The position numbers were made by a program, and so were the translations under genes. A stretch of DNA of 29,001 nucleotides from Candidatus Hadarchaeota archaeon (lineage in GTDB: Archaea; CAYQAE01; CAYVLA01): contig CAYVLA010000031.1 in assembly GCA_964452145.1 (NCBI GenBank), forward strand, positions 1,563 to 30,563, given 5' to 3'. This document shows positions 1 to 8,095 of the stretch, piece after piece. The notes beneath the pieces were generated by a model. That model worked only from the letters and a program-made list of their open reading frames with translations. It did no database searches and had not been told where the DNA came from. Position 1 is the stretch's first letter. Each line of letters begins with the position of its first letter.

Positions 1-2
1 AA

Positions 3-527
3 TTCCTCACGATCGGGGGGCGGGGCGAGCCGGGAGGGGAGGTCTACACGGCCGGGCTTCAAGCCCTCTACGGCCTCAGCTATACCCTGAAGTTCGAGTC
101 CAAGAAAAGGGGAAAGGACTTCACGGTGATGGGCTTAGAGGGTCTGTGGCGGTGGGACGATCCAACGATCTTCATCCTTGAGAAGGCACCGCCAAGAGAC
201 CAGTGGAACTTCAAGTCGATGATCAGGCAGCCCGAGTTCGTTACCCAGGATTTGCTTAAGGCCATCCGGCCGAAGGTGAGAGAGAAGAGCGGACCGATGG
301 TGGATCAGGTCAAGCTGGAGACCTTTCACGAGGGACTGAGCGCCCAGATAATGCACATCGGGCCCTACAGCGAGGAGCAGCGAACCATGACCATTCTCCA
401 CGCCTTCATCACGGAGAAAGGCTACAAGCTGCGCGGCCTACACCACGAGATATACGTGAGTGATCCACGAAGGACGGCACCGGAGAAGATACGCACCATA
501 CTCCGTCACCCCATAGAGAAGGCTTAG
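3..527 (+). CDS. GyrI-like small-molecule-binding domain protein (5' truncated by the window edge)
   Basis: Frame is open from base 3 (FLTIGGRGEP...ALYGLSYTLKF). Family motifs LEGLW, MIRQP, QIMHIGPYSEE and HHEIYVSDPRRTAPEKIRTILRHP are present. Confidence 0.9.
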   Translation, partial: FLTIGGRGEPGGEVYTAGLQALYGLSYTLKFESKKRGKDFTVMGLEGLWRWDDPTIFILEKAPPRDQWNFKSMIRQPEFVTQDLLKAIRPKVREKSGPMVDQVKLETFHEGLSAQIMHIGPYSEEQRTMTILHAFITEKGYKLRGLHHEIYVSDPRRTAPEKIRTILRHPIEKA

Positions 528-965
528 AGTCCATCGCTCAAGCACGATGAGAGAACTCCGGGACCGTCTTCAAGCCTGATCTGTATGTTGTGGCCAGGAT
601 GGTCGAGAAACTTGTGCAGAGCCGGGACCGGTGCAGAAGAAGATCAAGAATGGCCACGCCGGGAGGGTCGGCCGATGCATGATCTGCGTCCTTTTTGTTC
701 GGTTCTCCTTCTGCCTAAGATAAGGTCCTGTCCGCGGAGTGGAGAGATATACTTCGTGCAAGGCCTTCAGGGCATCGCGGCGCAGGTGACCGATCTCACG
801 GGCGCGATATGGATGGTGACCGTGATAGCGGCGCTGCTGGTCGGGTGTGGTGAGCCCAACAAGCGCTGATGAGTCACCTGACTGGCATCAAGTCGGCGAC
901 TGAAGGCCCCGGGATCTCGCAATCGTCATGTTCGCCGTCGTCTGGTAGTTAGTCCCGTAGCACTT

Positions 966-1352
966 ATGAGCATGGATGAGATTACTGGATCGGCGAAGTG
1001 GGTCGATCAGTTGAGCGGCGAGTTCGTGATGACAACCACCCCCAGCGTGCCCGGATACCGCGTCAAGAGGATACTGGGCGTCGTTACGGGGCTGACCCCC
1101 CGGACTAGGGGTCTCATGGGGAAGTTCGTGGCGGGCTTCCAGTCGATGGTCGGAGGAGAGGTCACCGCCTTCACCACCGAGCTGGAGAAGGCCAGGTGGG
1201 AGGCCATGGAGAGGGTGAAGAGGAAGGCAATTGACTTGGGCGCGAATGCCATCATCGGCCTTGACCTTGAGACGAGTGATCTGGGCCTTCAGGCCGGCGT
1301 GGTGATCGTCTCGGCCACAGGGACCGCGGTACTGCTTGAGAAGGAGCTGTAG
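966..1352 (+). CDS. YbjQ/UPF0145 family (putative heavy-metal-binding) protein
   Basis: TTTPSVPGYRVKRILGVVTG...VGGEV...LEKARWEAMERVKRKAIDLGANAIIG...SATGTAV matches the YbjQ pattern. Confidence 0.92.
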   Translation: MSMDEITGSAKWVDQLSGEFVMTTTPSVPGYRVKRILGVVTGLTPRTRGLMGKFVAGFQSMVGGEVTAFTTELEKARWEAMERVKRKAIDLGANAIIGLDLETSDLGLQAGVVIVSATGTAVLLEKEL

Positions 1353-1458
1353 CACCATCCGTTGTGGCCCCACGGCATTTCCGCGTCGGTGCTATTGGCC
1401 ATCGGCAGGAAGCTACCTGCGGCACATTTTTGAGGGGGGAGAGAGGCCTTTTGCAGGT

Positions 1459-1671
1459 ATGGCGTTTGTCTACCGAGGCAAGCAGATTCATGTCGATGCC
1501 ACCGGGTCTCGGGGAAACACGAGGGGGCTGTGGCTGGGGCCATTCCTGGTCCTGTTCTCCATTGCCCTGATGCTGGGCTTGGCGATCGGGCTGGGATTGG
1601 GGCGCCTGAGATCACCTGGGTTGCGAACCCTCCGTTGTGGCCTCGTGAAGGCCATCGATCACCTCTCCTGA
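1459..1671 (+). CDS. Possible small single-TM hypothetical protein
   Basis: ATG at 1459 follows a purine-rich tract. The ORF has one hydrophobic stretch (LWLGPFLVLFSIALMLGLAIGLGL) and fills the gap between ybjQ-like and the GTPase. Confidence 0.35.
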   Translation: MAFVYRGKQIHVDATGSRGNTRGLWLGPFLVLFSIALMLGLAIGLGLGRLRSPGLRTLRCGLVKAIDHLS

Positions 1672-1703
1672 TGCCTGATCCGTGTTGGGGAAGGAATCCC
1701 AAG

Positions 1704-2417
1704 ATGTACGTTCTGATCCTTGGTCCCGCAGCATCCGGGAAGACCCTGCTCACCGCCTCCTTTGGCACATTCCTCAGGGAGCGCTTCGCAATCAGCCAGG
1801 CCAACCTGGACCCTGGAGCTGGAGAGCTTCCCTACGTGCCGGACTTCGATGTCAGATCTAGTTTCACGCTGCAATCGGTTATGAGGGAGGAGGGCCTGGG
1901 CCCCAACGGTGCCATGCTGAGGGCCATGGACAGGCTTGCTGGCATGACTATTCCTCGCTTCAGCGCCGACTTCGTTCTCCTGGATGCTCCGGGGCAGCTG
2001 GAGCCGTTCGTCTTCAGGAATGCAGCGGCCAACCTCGTCAGGAGACTCCCGGAGGCCTGCTGCATCTACGTCATTGACGCAACGTCGCCGACGCAGACGC
2101 TGCCCAGCCTCATGCTGTACTCCCTTGCTGCCCAGTTCGCCTCAGGTGCTCCCGCCGTCAACGTCATGAACAAAGTCGACTTGCTGACGGAGGGAGAAAG
2201 GCGCAGGATCTACGGTTTCCTAGCCGATCCGCGATCCTTCGTCAACGTCGAAGGGGAGGGTGTGAGGTGGGAGATGAATGTCCAGATGGCCGAGATGATG
2301 CGGAGTTTCCTGCCCTCCCAGAGGCCATGTTTTGTGTCCGCAAAGACCGGTGAGGGATTCGAGGAGCTGTTGGACATGCTCCGTGAAGTCAAATGTGCCT
2401 GCGGCGATCTGACGTAG
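1704..2417 (+). CDS. Archaeal-type GPN-loop GTPase (ATP_bind_1 family)
   Basis: Walker A GPAASGKT, NLDPG, GLGPNG, DAPGQLE, NKVD, VSAKTGEG and a C-terminal CACGDLT. Start moved to ATG 1704, after AGGA. Confidence 0.93.
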   Translation: MYVLILGPAASGKTLLTASFGTFLRERFAISQANLDPGAGELPYVPDFDVRSSFTLQSVMREEGLGPNGAMLRAMDRLAGMTIPRFSADFVLLDAPGQLEPFVFRNAAANLVRRLPEACCIYVIDATSPTQTLPSLMLYSLAAQFASGAPAVNVMNKVDLLTEGERRRIYGFLADPRSFVNVEGEGVRWEMNVQMAEMMRSFLPSQRPCFVSAKTGEGFEELLDMLREVKCACGDLT

Positions 2418-2569
2418 GCAGTTGGGAAGGCCATCAAGGGAGTGGCCCAGTCTCGGAAAGATTATTGACCCAATCAACAATGGCCAACGCGGTTGATCGT
2501 GCGATGAGAGGTCTTTCCAAATGGGTTCCTCTCTCTGGAAAAGTGGTCACAGTTCTTGGGGATGATGAC

Positions 2570-3940
2570 ATGACAGGATTGGACGATGGCGATTCCCATC
2601 GCCTATCAGCGGCCAGGGGACCCTACTTCCTTTGCGACAGGAGGGTCGTTGAGGACCGTTGGCTTGTGGAGCGTTTCGTGGTCCCGCCCGAGAGTCATCC
2701 GGGCAATCCGCTCATCGTTCGTGAACATCCCTGGGAGGGGACGGGCCCTCACATTGGCGGCTCGGTTCTGAGGGATCGATCCACCGGATGTTTCAGGATG
2801 TGGTACTCCGTCTGGGACAAGCATGCTTACTACAATCGCCTGCCCTTCTCCTACAACGTCTGCTATGCTGAGTCAGATGAAGGCATCGTTTGGCGCAAGC
2901 CCTCGCTCGGCGTTTTCGACCACAAGGGCGACGCCGGGAACAACTGCATCCGACTGGGAACTGACAAGACCCAGAACATCGATGTCTGCTTCAATCCAAA
3001 GCCGGATACCTATCCTGGCAAGTACATCGCCATCCACAACCAGAAGGGCGGGGTCTATGTGTCGTACTCGGATGACGGGAAGATCTTCACCCGTCTGTTC
3101 GAGGAACCCGCAATAGCCTATCATAGCGACACCCACAACAATTTCGTCTACGATGAGGTGCGCGATCGGTGGCTCCTGTTTTGCCGCCCGAGGGCCTTCG
3201 CAGGCTATCACCGCAGGCGGGTTGCCCTCCAGACCAGCCATGATCTGCAGCACTGGACCCATGAGCGAACCATCCTGGTCCCCACCGAGAACGAGGTGCC
3301 CGAGTACTACGGGATGACGGTTTTCCGCCGGGGTGATCTGTTCTTCGGCGTGGTTCAGATCTACGACAAGGACACGGGCCTGATCCACGGGGAGTTGGCT
3401 TGGAGTGATGATGGGCAGTCCTGGGACTTTCTCCCGACGCATCCCACCTTCATCGCCCGCGGCTCGGAGGGGGAATGGGACGCAGGCATGGTCATGGTGG
3501 CCGAGAGTCCGATTGATGTGGGAGACCAGATGTGGTTCTACTACGGCGGGTTTGCGCTGCAGCACAACGAAACTGAAAGGGAGAACGTCTGCTCCATCGG
3601 GCTCATGATCGCGCAGCGCAACCGTCTGATTGGCGTGCGGCCTAGGGGCGATCAGCCCGGCTTCGTCCTGACTCGGCCCTTCAACGTGGCTGGACAATCC
3701 CTGACCGTCAACGCCGCTGTCTCTGGAAGCGTCGCAGCCGAAGCGCGGGACGATGGCAACAAGGCCATCAAGGGATGGTCGTTTGAGGAATGCGATCCCC
3801 TAACCGAGTCGAGCTTCGCCGCGGAGGTCACATGGAAACGCCGATCCCTCGCGGAGCTTGGAGAAGCTGAGGTGCGGATCATCTTCAAGCTTGAGAATGC
3901 TTCCCTGTTCACCTTCGACCTCACATTGCCCCCTTCGTGA
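2570..3940 (+). CDS. Five-bladed beta-propeller glycoside-hydrolase-like protein (GH32/GH43/GH130-like), probably cytoplasmic
   Basis: HPGNPLI, FRMWY, Asp-box-like YAESDEGIVW / YSDDGKIF / SHDLQHW / WSDDGQSW, GEWDAG, WFYYGG and a C-terminal beta-sandwich. Start uncertain (2480, 2504 or 2570). Confidence 0.7.
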   Translation: MTGLDDGDSHRLSAARGPYFLCDRRVVEDRWLVERFVVPPESHPGNPLIVREHPWEGTGPHIGGSVLRDRSTGCFRMWYSVWDKHAYYNRLPFSYNVCYAESDEGIVWRKPSLGVFDHKGDAGNNCIRLGTDKTQNIDVCFNPKPDTYPGKYIAIHNQKGGVYVSYSDDGKIFTRLFEEPAIAYHSDTHNNFVYDEVRDRWLLFCRPRAFAGYHRRRVALQTSHDLQHWTHERTILVPTENEVPEYYGMTVFRRGDLFFGVVQIYDKDTGLIHGELAWSDDGQSWDFLPTHPTFIARGSEGEWDAGMVMVAESPIDVGDQMWFYYGGFALQHNETERENVCSIGLMIAQRNRLIGVRPRGDQPGFVLTRPFNVAGQSLTVNAAVSGSVAAEARDDGNKAIKGWSFEECDPLTESSFAAEVTWKRRSLAELGEAEVRIIFKLENASLFTFDLTLPPS

Positions 3941-4009
3941 TGACTGTGGGCCCAAGCCCGGATGCCAGGCGGGAATAGATTTTCCAGATGGCCCCTTTGG
4001 GGTGGGCCC

Positions 4010-5836
4010 ATGCCACGCGATTCCGGTTGGGTGATGACTCTAGCCGTTGGAACGCTTCTGCTGGCACCGGTCTTGGCCAATGATTTCCCGTTCAAGATCG
4101 CGGTCTATAAGCCTTGGAACTTCGCCGTCGACGGTCCGTGGAACTTCACCCAGCTAGGATCCTTGGGGATCGATGCCTTCTACTCACCGGCCGACTGGAC
4201 CTGGGAGAAGGTCGTGCCCGGCTTCCACGAGGATCGCTTGGGAAGCGAGAGCGTTCTGGCCGCCGCAAACAACGTGGCATTCATCGCCGGCCAGTACTAC
4301 CAACAGCCCTCATGGCAGTACATCGACTTCAACTACTCCCGCGCAGTGGATCGGTACGGCCGGGAGGAGGAATATACCCCGAGCCCCATCGATGAGGCTT
4401 GGTGGCTGCACATGATGAAGGAGCCCGGCCTCCACATAGCCAACCTCTCCCTACACTACCCCATCACTGGGATAGTCTGGGACATGGAGCTCTACTACAG
4501 CGCGGGTTACCAACCCCGGGAGTACACCTACGACAACGCCAGCCTTGCGGCATTCCTACGGCATCGGGACCTCTCCATGCCACCCCTTCCATCGGGCCAG
4601 ATCCATGGATACCTCAAGAGCAACGATCTCCTGGAAGCCTTCCACGAATGGCAGGGGGAGAGAGCGTATCTGCTGGCCAAGGACTTGGCGGAGGCTGTTC
4701 ACGCAATCAATCCGAGGCTCGATCTTGGCATCATGGGTTTTGTGGATTCGTGGTTCTACTGGAACATGCTCAGGGGCTTCAACTGTTCCACCGCATTTGT
4801 CTCGGCCTGGTATGAGGGCACGTACAGAAAGTACGTCATTGATGGGCCGGAGGGCGTCGACCACTACTTGGAGATCTGGGATGGTTACAACCTAAACGGC
4901 AGGTTCCTGCCCGGAATCTGGCTGCTATCCCCCTGGGCCATGATCACTGAGATCGAGGCTGCGTACCGCCACAACGGTGCCCTCTGGATCTACCAGAGGG
5001 ACGGAACGCCGCCGGAGGAGTACAGCCGGGATCTGGCCAGAGCCTACGGAATTCTGAACAGATACCTCTTCCAAGGCAAGGAGGCCGTCGCCATGGGTCC
5101 CGGAAGCTACTGCCCCGCCGGGCTGAGCGAAAGACCCTACCTGGGGCCCGATTCACTGTCGATTCTGATCAACCTTAATGAGCCAGGGATTGAACCCCCA
5201 GTCGGCCTCCAAATCTTCGACAGCGGAGGTTCCATCGGCTATGTGGGCCAGAATCTCAGCGTGAAGACCTTCCAAGCACCGGCCTTGACCCTTGCTCCCG
5301 GCGACCTTCCCTGCATCATCTTCGGGCTCGCAAAGGCGGATCTCGAACGCATCAACGCCTTCTCCGCTATCAGCGAACTTGAGGCCCTGCTCAACTACTC
5401 ACGCATCGTTGGCCTGGGCGAGGTGCCCTCAATAGATGTGGCGCTGGCTCTCGCCGCCGCAGACTATCGGGAGGCCTGTTACGGCCGGGCCCTCGAAGGG
5501 CTTTTATCATCGCGGGCAGAGGCTTACCGGTGGCTTATGGATGCGGTGTGGCCCATCGTTCAAGCTGGACAGGCAAGGCCGAGGGAGAGCAGGATCCCCG
5601 TTGCCCTTCTCAGCCGTTTCACCAACGCTGACAAGATGTTCAGCGAGGGCAAGGATTCCCTGGGCCAGATGTATCTCTACTCCGGACTCAAGGGCTGGTC
5701 CCTCTCGGTCGCAGAGATGGACCTCCTTCTCATCTTCGGTGTCTGGGTTCTCGTTGCCGCTGCCGTGCATTCCCTCCATGTGACGGGCCAAGGTTCCCGG
5801 ACCTGTGCACCGGTGCATGGCCTGCCAGCGCGATGA
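4010..5836 (+). CDS. Secreted, C-terminally anchored hypothetical protein with a possible TIM-barrel glycoside-hydrolase-like head
   Basis: Signal-like N-terminus (VMTLAVGTLLLAPVLA), aromatic-rich domain with ITGIVWDMELY, many N-x-S/T sequons, helical C-terminal third, and TM LLLIFGVWVLVAAAV. Confidence 0.6.
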   Translation: MPRDSGWVMTLAVGTLLLAPVLANDFPFKIAVYKPWNFAVDGPWNFTQLGSLGIDAFYSPADWTWEKVVPGFHEDRLGSESVLAAANNVAFIAGQYYQQPSWQYIDFNYSRAVDRYGREEEYTPSPIDEAWWLHMMKEPGLHIANLSLHYPITGIVWDMELYYSAGYQPREYTYDNASLAAFLRHRDLSMPPLPSGQIHGYLKSNDLLEAFHEWQGERAYLLAKDLAEAVHAINPRLDLGIMGFVDSWFYWNMLRGFNCSTAFVSAWYEGTYRKYVIDGPEGVDHYLEIWDGYNLNGRFLPGIWLLSPWAMITEIEAAYRHNGALWIYQRDGTPPEEYSRDLARAYGILNRYLFQGKEAVAMGPGSYCPAGLSERPYLGPDSLSILINLNEPGIEPPVGLQIFDSGGSIGYVGQNLSVKTFQAPALTLAPGDLPCIIFGLAKADLERINAFSAISELEALLNYSRIVGLGEVPSIDVALALAAADYREACYGRALEGLLSSRAEAYRWLMDAVWPIVQAGQARPRESRIPVALLSRFTNADKMFSEGKDSLGQMYLYSGLKGWSLSVAEMDLLLIFGVWVLVAAAVHSLHVTGQGSRTCAPVHGLPAR

Positions 5837-5868
5837 GACCCGTATCTGTCTCGTGGGGACTTGCCCGT

Positions 5869-6612
5869 CTAGCGGTGTGAGACCTCAAGGCCCTGATCAT
5901 CGATGATGACGTTGACGCTTTCTCGGAAGTTGTCCGGGTCTCGAACATAGGAGAGATACTCTCCGAGCTTGCCTGCGGAGTTCACCGAGTTGTGGGCAAG
6001 CACCAGACTTCCGGTATGCAGGCAGTGCAGGGCGGCCTGGACCAGGTCCAGGTAGATCGCCTTCCCCCTCCCCCCGCGGCCATCAGCATCGAGGCACAGC
6101 AGGTCGATGGGGCCATCGTGGCTCTGAAGCCATGGAATGCCATCGGCGGCTATGATCTGCGCAGAGCCGTCCTTGACGATCATATCCACGTTGCGCTGGG
6201 CACGTGCTGCCTCCTCCGGGACTATCTCCAGGCCGACCAAGCGCCGCGGCTTGTAACACGAGCCGGGCCCCACGGCCGCACCTGCGTTGCAGATGAACGT
6301 GAAGCCGCAGAACACTCCCACGGCAACCATGACCCGGGGTCTGGCGATGGCATTGACTGCGTAGAGAAGGCGCTCCATCCGGGGCGTGATCGCCGTCCAC
6401 GGCACCTCGAAGGTCTCCCTCACCGCACGGCGGTGGGCCAGCAACCTATGTTTGTCGTACCGGGCATGGGGCAGGATTCCGGACTGGGCCAGGAAGGAAA
6501 GGGCTCCGTCGATCACCTCGATCTCACGCTCCGGCGACTCCAGCTGGCGATAGGGATCGCGGAAGGACATGGCGTACTGGTGCCAGCCATCTGCTTCGTA
6601 CACTCGAGCCAA
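5869..6612 (-). CDS. Class I SAM-dependent methyltransferase (O-methyltransferase / Methyltransf_24-like)
   Basis: RVMVAVGVFCGFT (motif I), LVGLEI, IIAADG, IDLLCLDAD and LVLAHN. Probable TTG start at 6612 after GGAG; alternative ATG at 6570. Confidence 0.75.
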   Translation of the reverse strand: MARVYEADGWHQYAMSFRDPYRQLESPEREIEVIDGALSFLAQSGILPHARYDKHRLLAHRRAVRETFEVPWTAITPRMERLLYAVNAIARPRVMVAVGVFCGFTFICNAGAAVGPGSCYKPRRLVGLEIVPEEAARAQRNVDMIVKDGSAQIIAADGIPWLQSHDGPIDLLCLDADGRGGRGKAIYLDLVQAALHCLHTGSLVLAHNSVNSAGKLGEYLSYVRDPDNFRESVNVIIDDQGLEVSHR

Positions 6613-6661
6613 GGGGATCTCCGCCCGAATCGACCGCTGGTGATGGGGCAAGGCTGGCGAG

Positions 6662-6740
6662 AATGGTGTTGAAAAATGTAGATCCTGACACCATTGCCGT
6701 CCCGACCAGATTCTCCGATCGCACCATGACCGATTTAAGC
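6662..6740. promoter_or_regulatory. Divergent promoter region: TATA-like TTTAAG (+, 6734-6739), TTTTTCAA (-, 6668-6675) and an 8-bp inverted repeat
   Basis: TTTAAG lies about 21-26 nt upstream of ATG 6760. AATGGTGT...ACACCATT brackets the minus-strand AT-rich box. Confidence 0.45.
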
Positions 6741-6759
6741 CAAGGGCGTGGGACATGAA

Positions 6760-7953
6760 ATGATGTCTGGATCCATGGAGAAGCCCACCACCTCCGATGT
6801 CAACTCTTTCGTGCTGACGAAACATTACCTCGCCGCCAGGGCTAAGGATGGCGACATAGGGAAGGTAGTGGACGGTGTCTGCGGCCTTCCCGCAACGGCC
6901 TCTAGCACCCCGTATCTCTCGCTGTTCGCTAGAATGGAAGGATTCAGAAGGGAAGACCTAGAATCGGAACTGTACCGGAAGAGGTCGCTTGGAAAGATCC
7001 GCTGCATGAGGGGAACGGTACACGTCCTCACCAAGGCGATGCTGCCCTTCGCCCATTCTGCAACAATGGGGCCCTGGATAAATCGCCATGACCTCTACAC
7101 AAGGCTTCTCGGCATGTCGGAGGCGGAGTACCGACAGATCGCCGACCGGGTCCTGGGTGCGCTTGGGAAGCTGGATTCCGGATGGACAGCTAGGGAAGCC
7201 AAGGAGACGCTCGGTCTGGAATGCAACGTGCCCACCGTCCTGAACATGATGTGTGATGAGGGCCTGCTGATTCGCGGAAGACCGGAGGGAGGCTGGAAGA
7301 GCAACCTCCACACATACCATGCTCTTGGGGCCTACTTCCCGGATGTTGGTCTCAACGGCATCCCTGAGGATCGGGCACGGACTAGGCTCGTCAGCCTCTA
7401 CCTTGAGTCCTTCGGGCCGGCAACCCTGACGGACATCGCTTGGTGGACGGGTTTGGGGAAGACCGAGGTGCGGCGGGTTCTGGGGCAGCTGGGAAGCTCG
7501 GTGATCGCATGCGATGTGGATGGCCATGACTCGGAGCTCCTGATGTCGGCATGCCAACAGGAGGCGTTCGCAAACGGCAAGCAGTCCAACGTTGTCAACC
7601 TACTTCCCTTCCAGGATCCCTATCTTGTGGGCTATAAGGAAAGGGAGAGGTATCTGGATCCCGAGCACAGGGAATGGATCTTCGATCGTTCCGGAAACGC
7701 AACCTCGTCGATCCTGGTGAATGGAAGGGTGGTCGGTGTGTGGGATATGCAGGAGAAGCCCGAACCTGTGATGAAGATCATGCTTCTTTCCTCGGTTGAG
7801 CGTGGTTTCTTGAGGAAGATACGCGAATCGGCTGTTGCCATGGGGAGGTTCGTGACGGATGACGACGTCAAGGTCCGGGAGTGCAGATCGATGGTCCCTC
7901 TCACAGAGCGAACGGCCGGTGGTTTCATGACCCCTCTGAAGGGTGCCCTGTAG
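6760..7953 (+). CDS. AlkZ-like (HTH_42) winged-helix DNA glycosylase family protein
   Basis: GLxAT..TPYLSLFAR, CMRGTVH, YLESFGPATLTDIAWWTGL, LLPFQDPYLVGYKER and ILVNGRVVGVW. Confidence 0.88.
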   Translation: MMSGSMEKPTTSDVNSFVLTKHYLAARAKDGDIGKVVDGVCGLPATASSTPYLSLFARMEGFRREDLESELYRKRSLGKIRCMRGTVHVLTKAMLPFAHSATMGPWINRHDLYTRLLGMSEAEYRQIADRVLGALGKLDSGWTAREAKETLGLECNVPTVLNMMCDEGLLIRGRPEGGWKSNLHTYHALGAYFPDVGLNGIPEDRARTRLVSLYLESFGPATLTDIAWWTGLGKTEVRRVLGQLGSSVIACDVDGHDSELLMSACQQEAFANGKQSNVVNLLPFQDPYLVGYKERERYLDPEHREWIFDRSGNATSSILVNGRVVGVWDMQEKPEPVMKIMLLSSVERGFLRKIRESAVAMGRFVTDDDVKVRECRSMVPLTERTAGGFMTPLKGAL

Positions 7954-8026
7954 CCGGATGTCCCCCGCTCATTCGGTGAGGGCATTGACATCTCCTTTCT
8001 CAATGATCGCCACTTGTCAGGGCCAG

Positions 8027-8058
8027 CGGTACGGCACCACGGTACACGGTACGGCACC
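8027..8058 (+). repeat. 12-bp direct repeat CGGTACGGCACC x2 (20-bp period) with a third CGGTAC between the copies
   Basis: Copies at 8027-8038 and 8047-8058, directly upstream of AAATCTTTACA. Confidence 0.8.
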
Positions 8059-8095
8059 CAAATCTTTACAAGCTCCCTGGATCGCCTGCTTTGCC

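Noticed and set aside
866..903. CTGATGAG followed by a GTCA/TGAC stem and CTGA: hammerhead ribozyme or C/D box sRNA
   Set aside because: No GAAA core after stem II, and the C-to-D spacing (38 nt total, 5-nt first guide) is too short.
2427..3775. 15-nt repeat AAGGCCATCAAGGGA at 2427 and 3761
   Set aside because: The second copy is inside coding sequence and does not bound any element, so it is compatible with chance.
7943..8095. Long N-terminal extensions in the ORF track (deoB; also ORFs starting at 1530, 2393, 6825, 11717, 15297, 18354, 20260 and 21194)
   Set aside because: They overlap neighbouring genes or promoter-like elements and precede the family N-terminal motifs, so starts were moved downstream.
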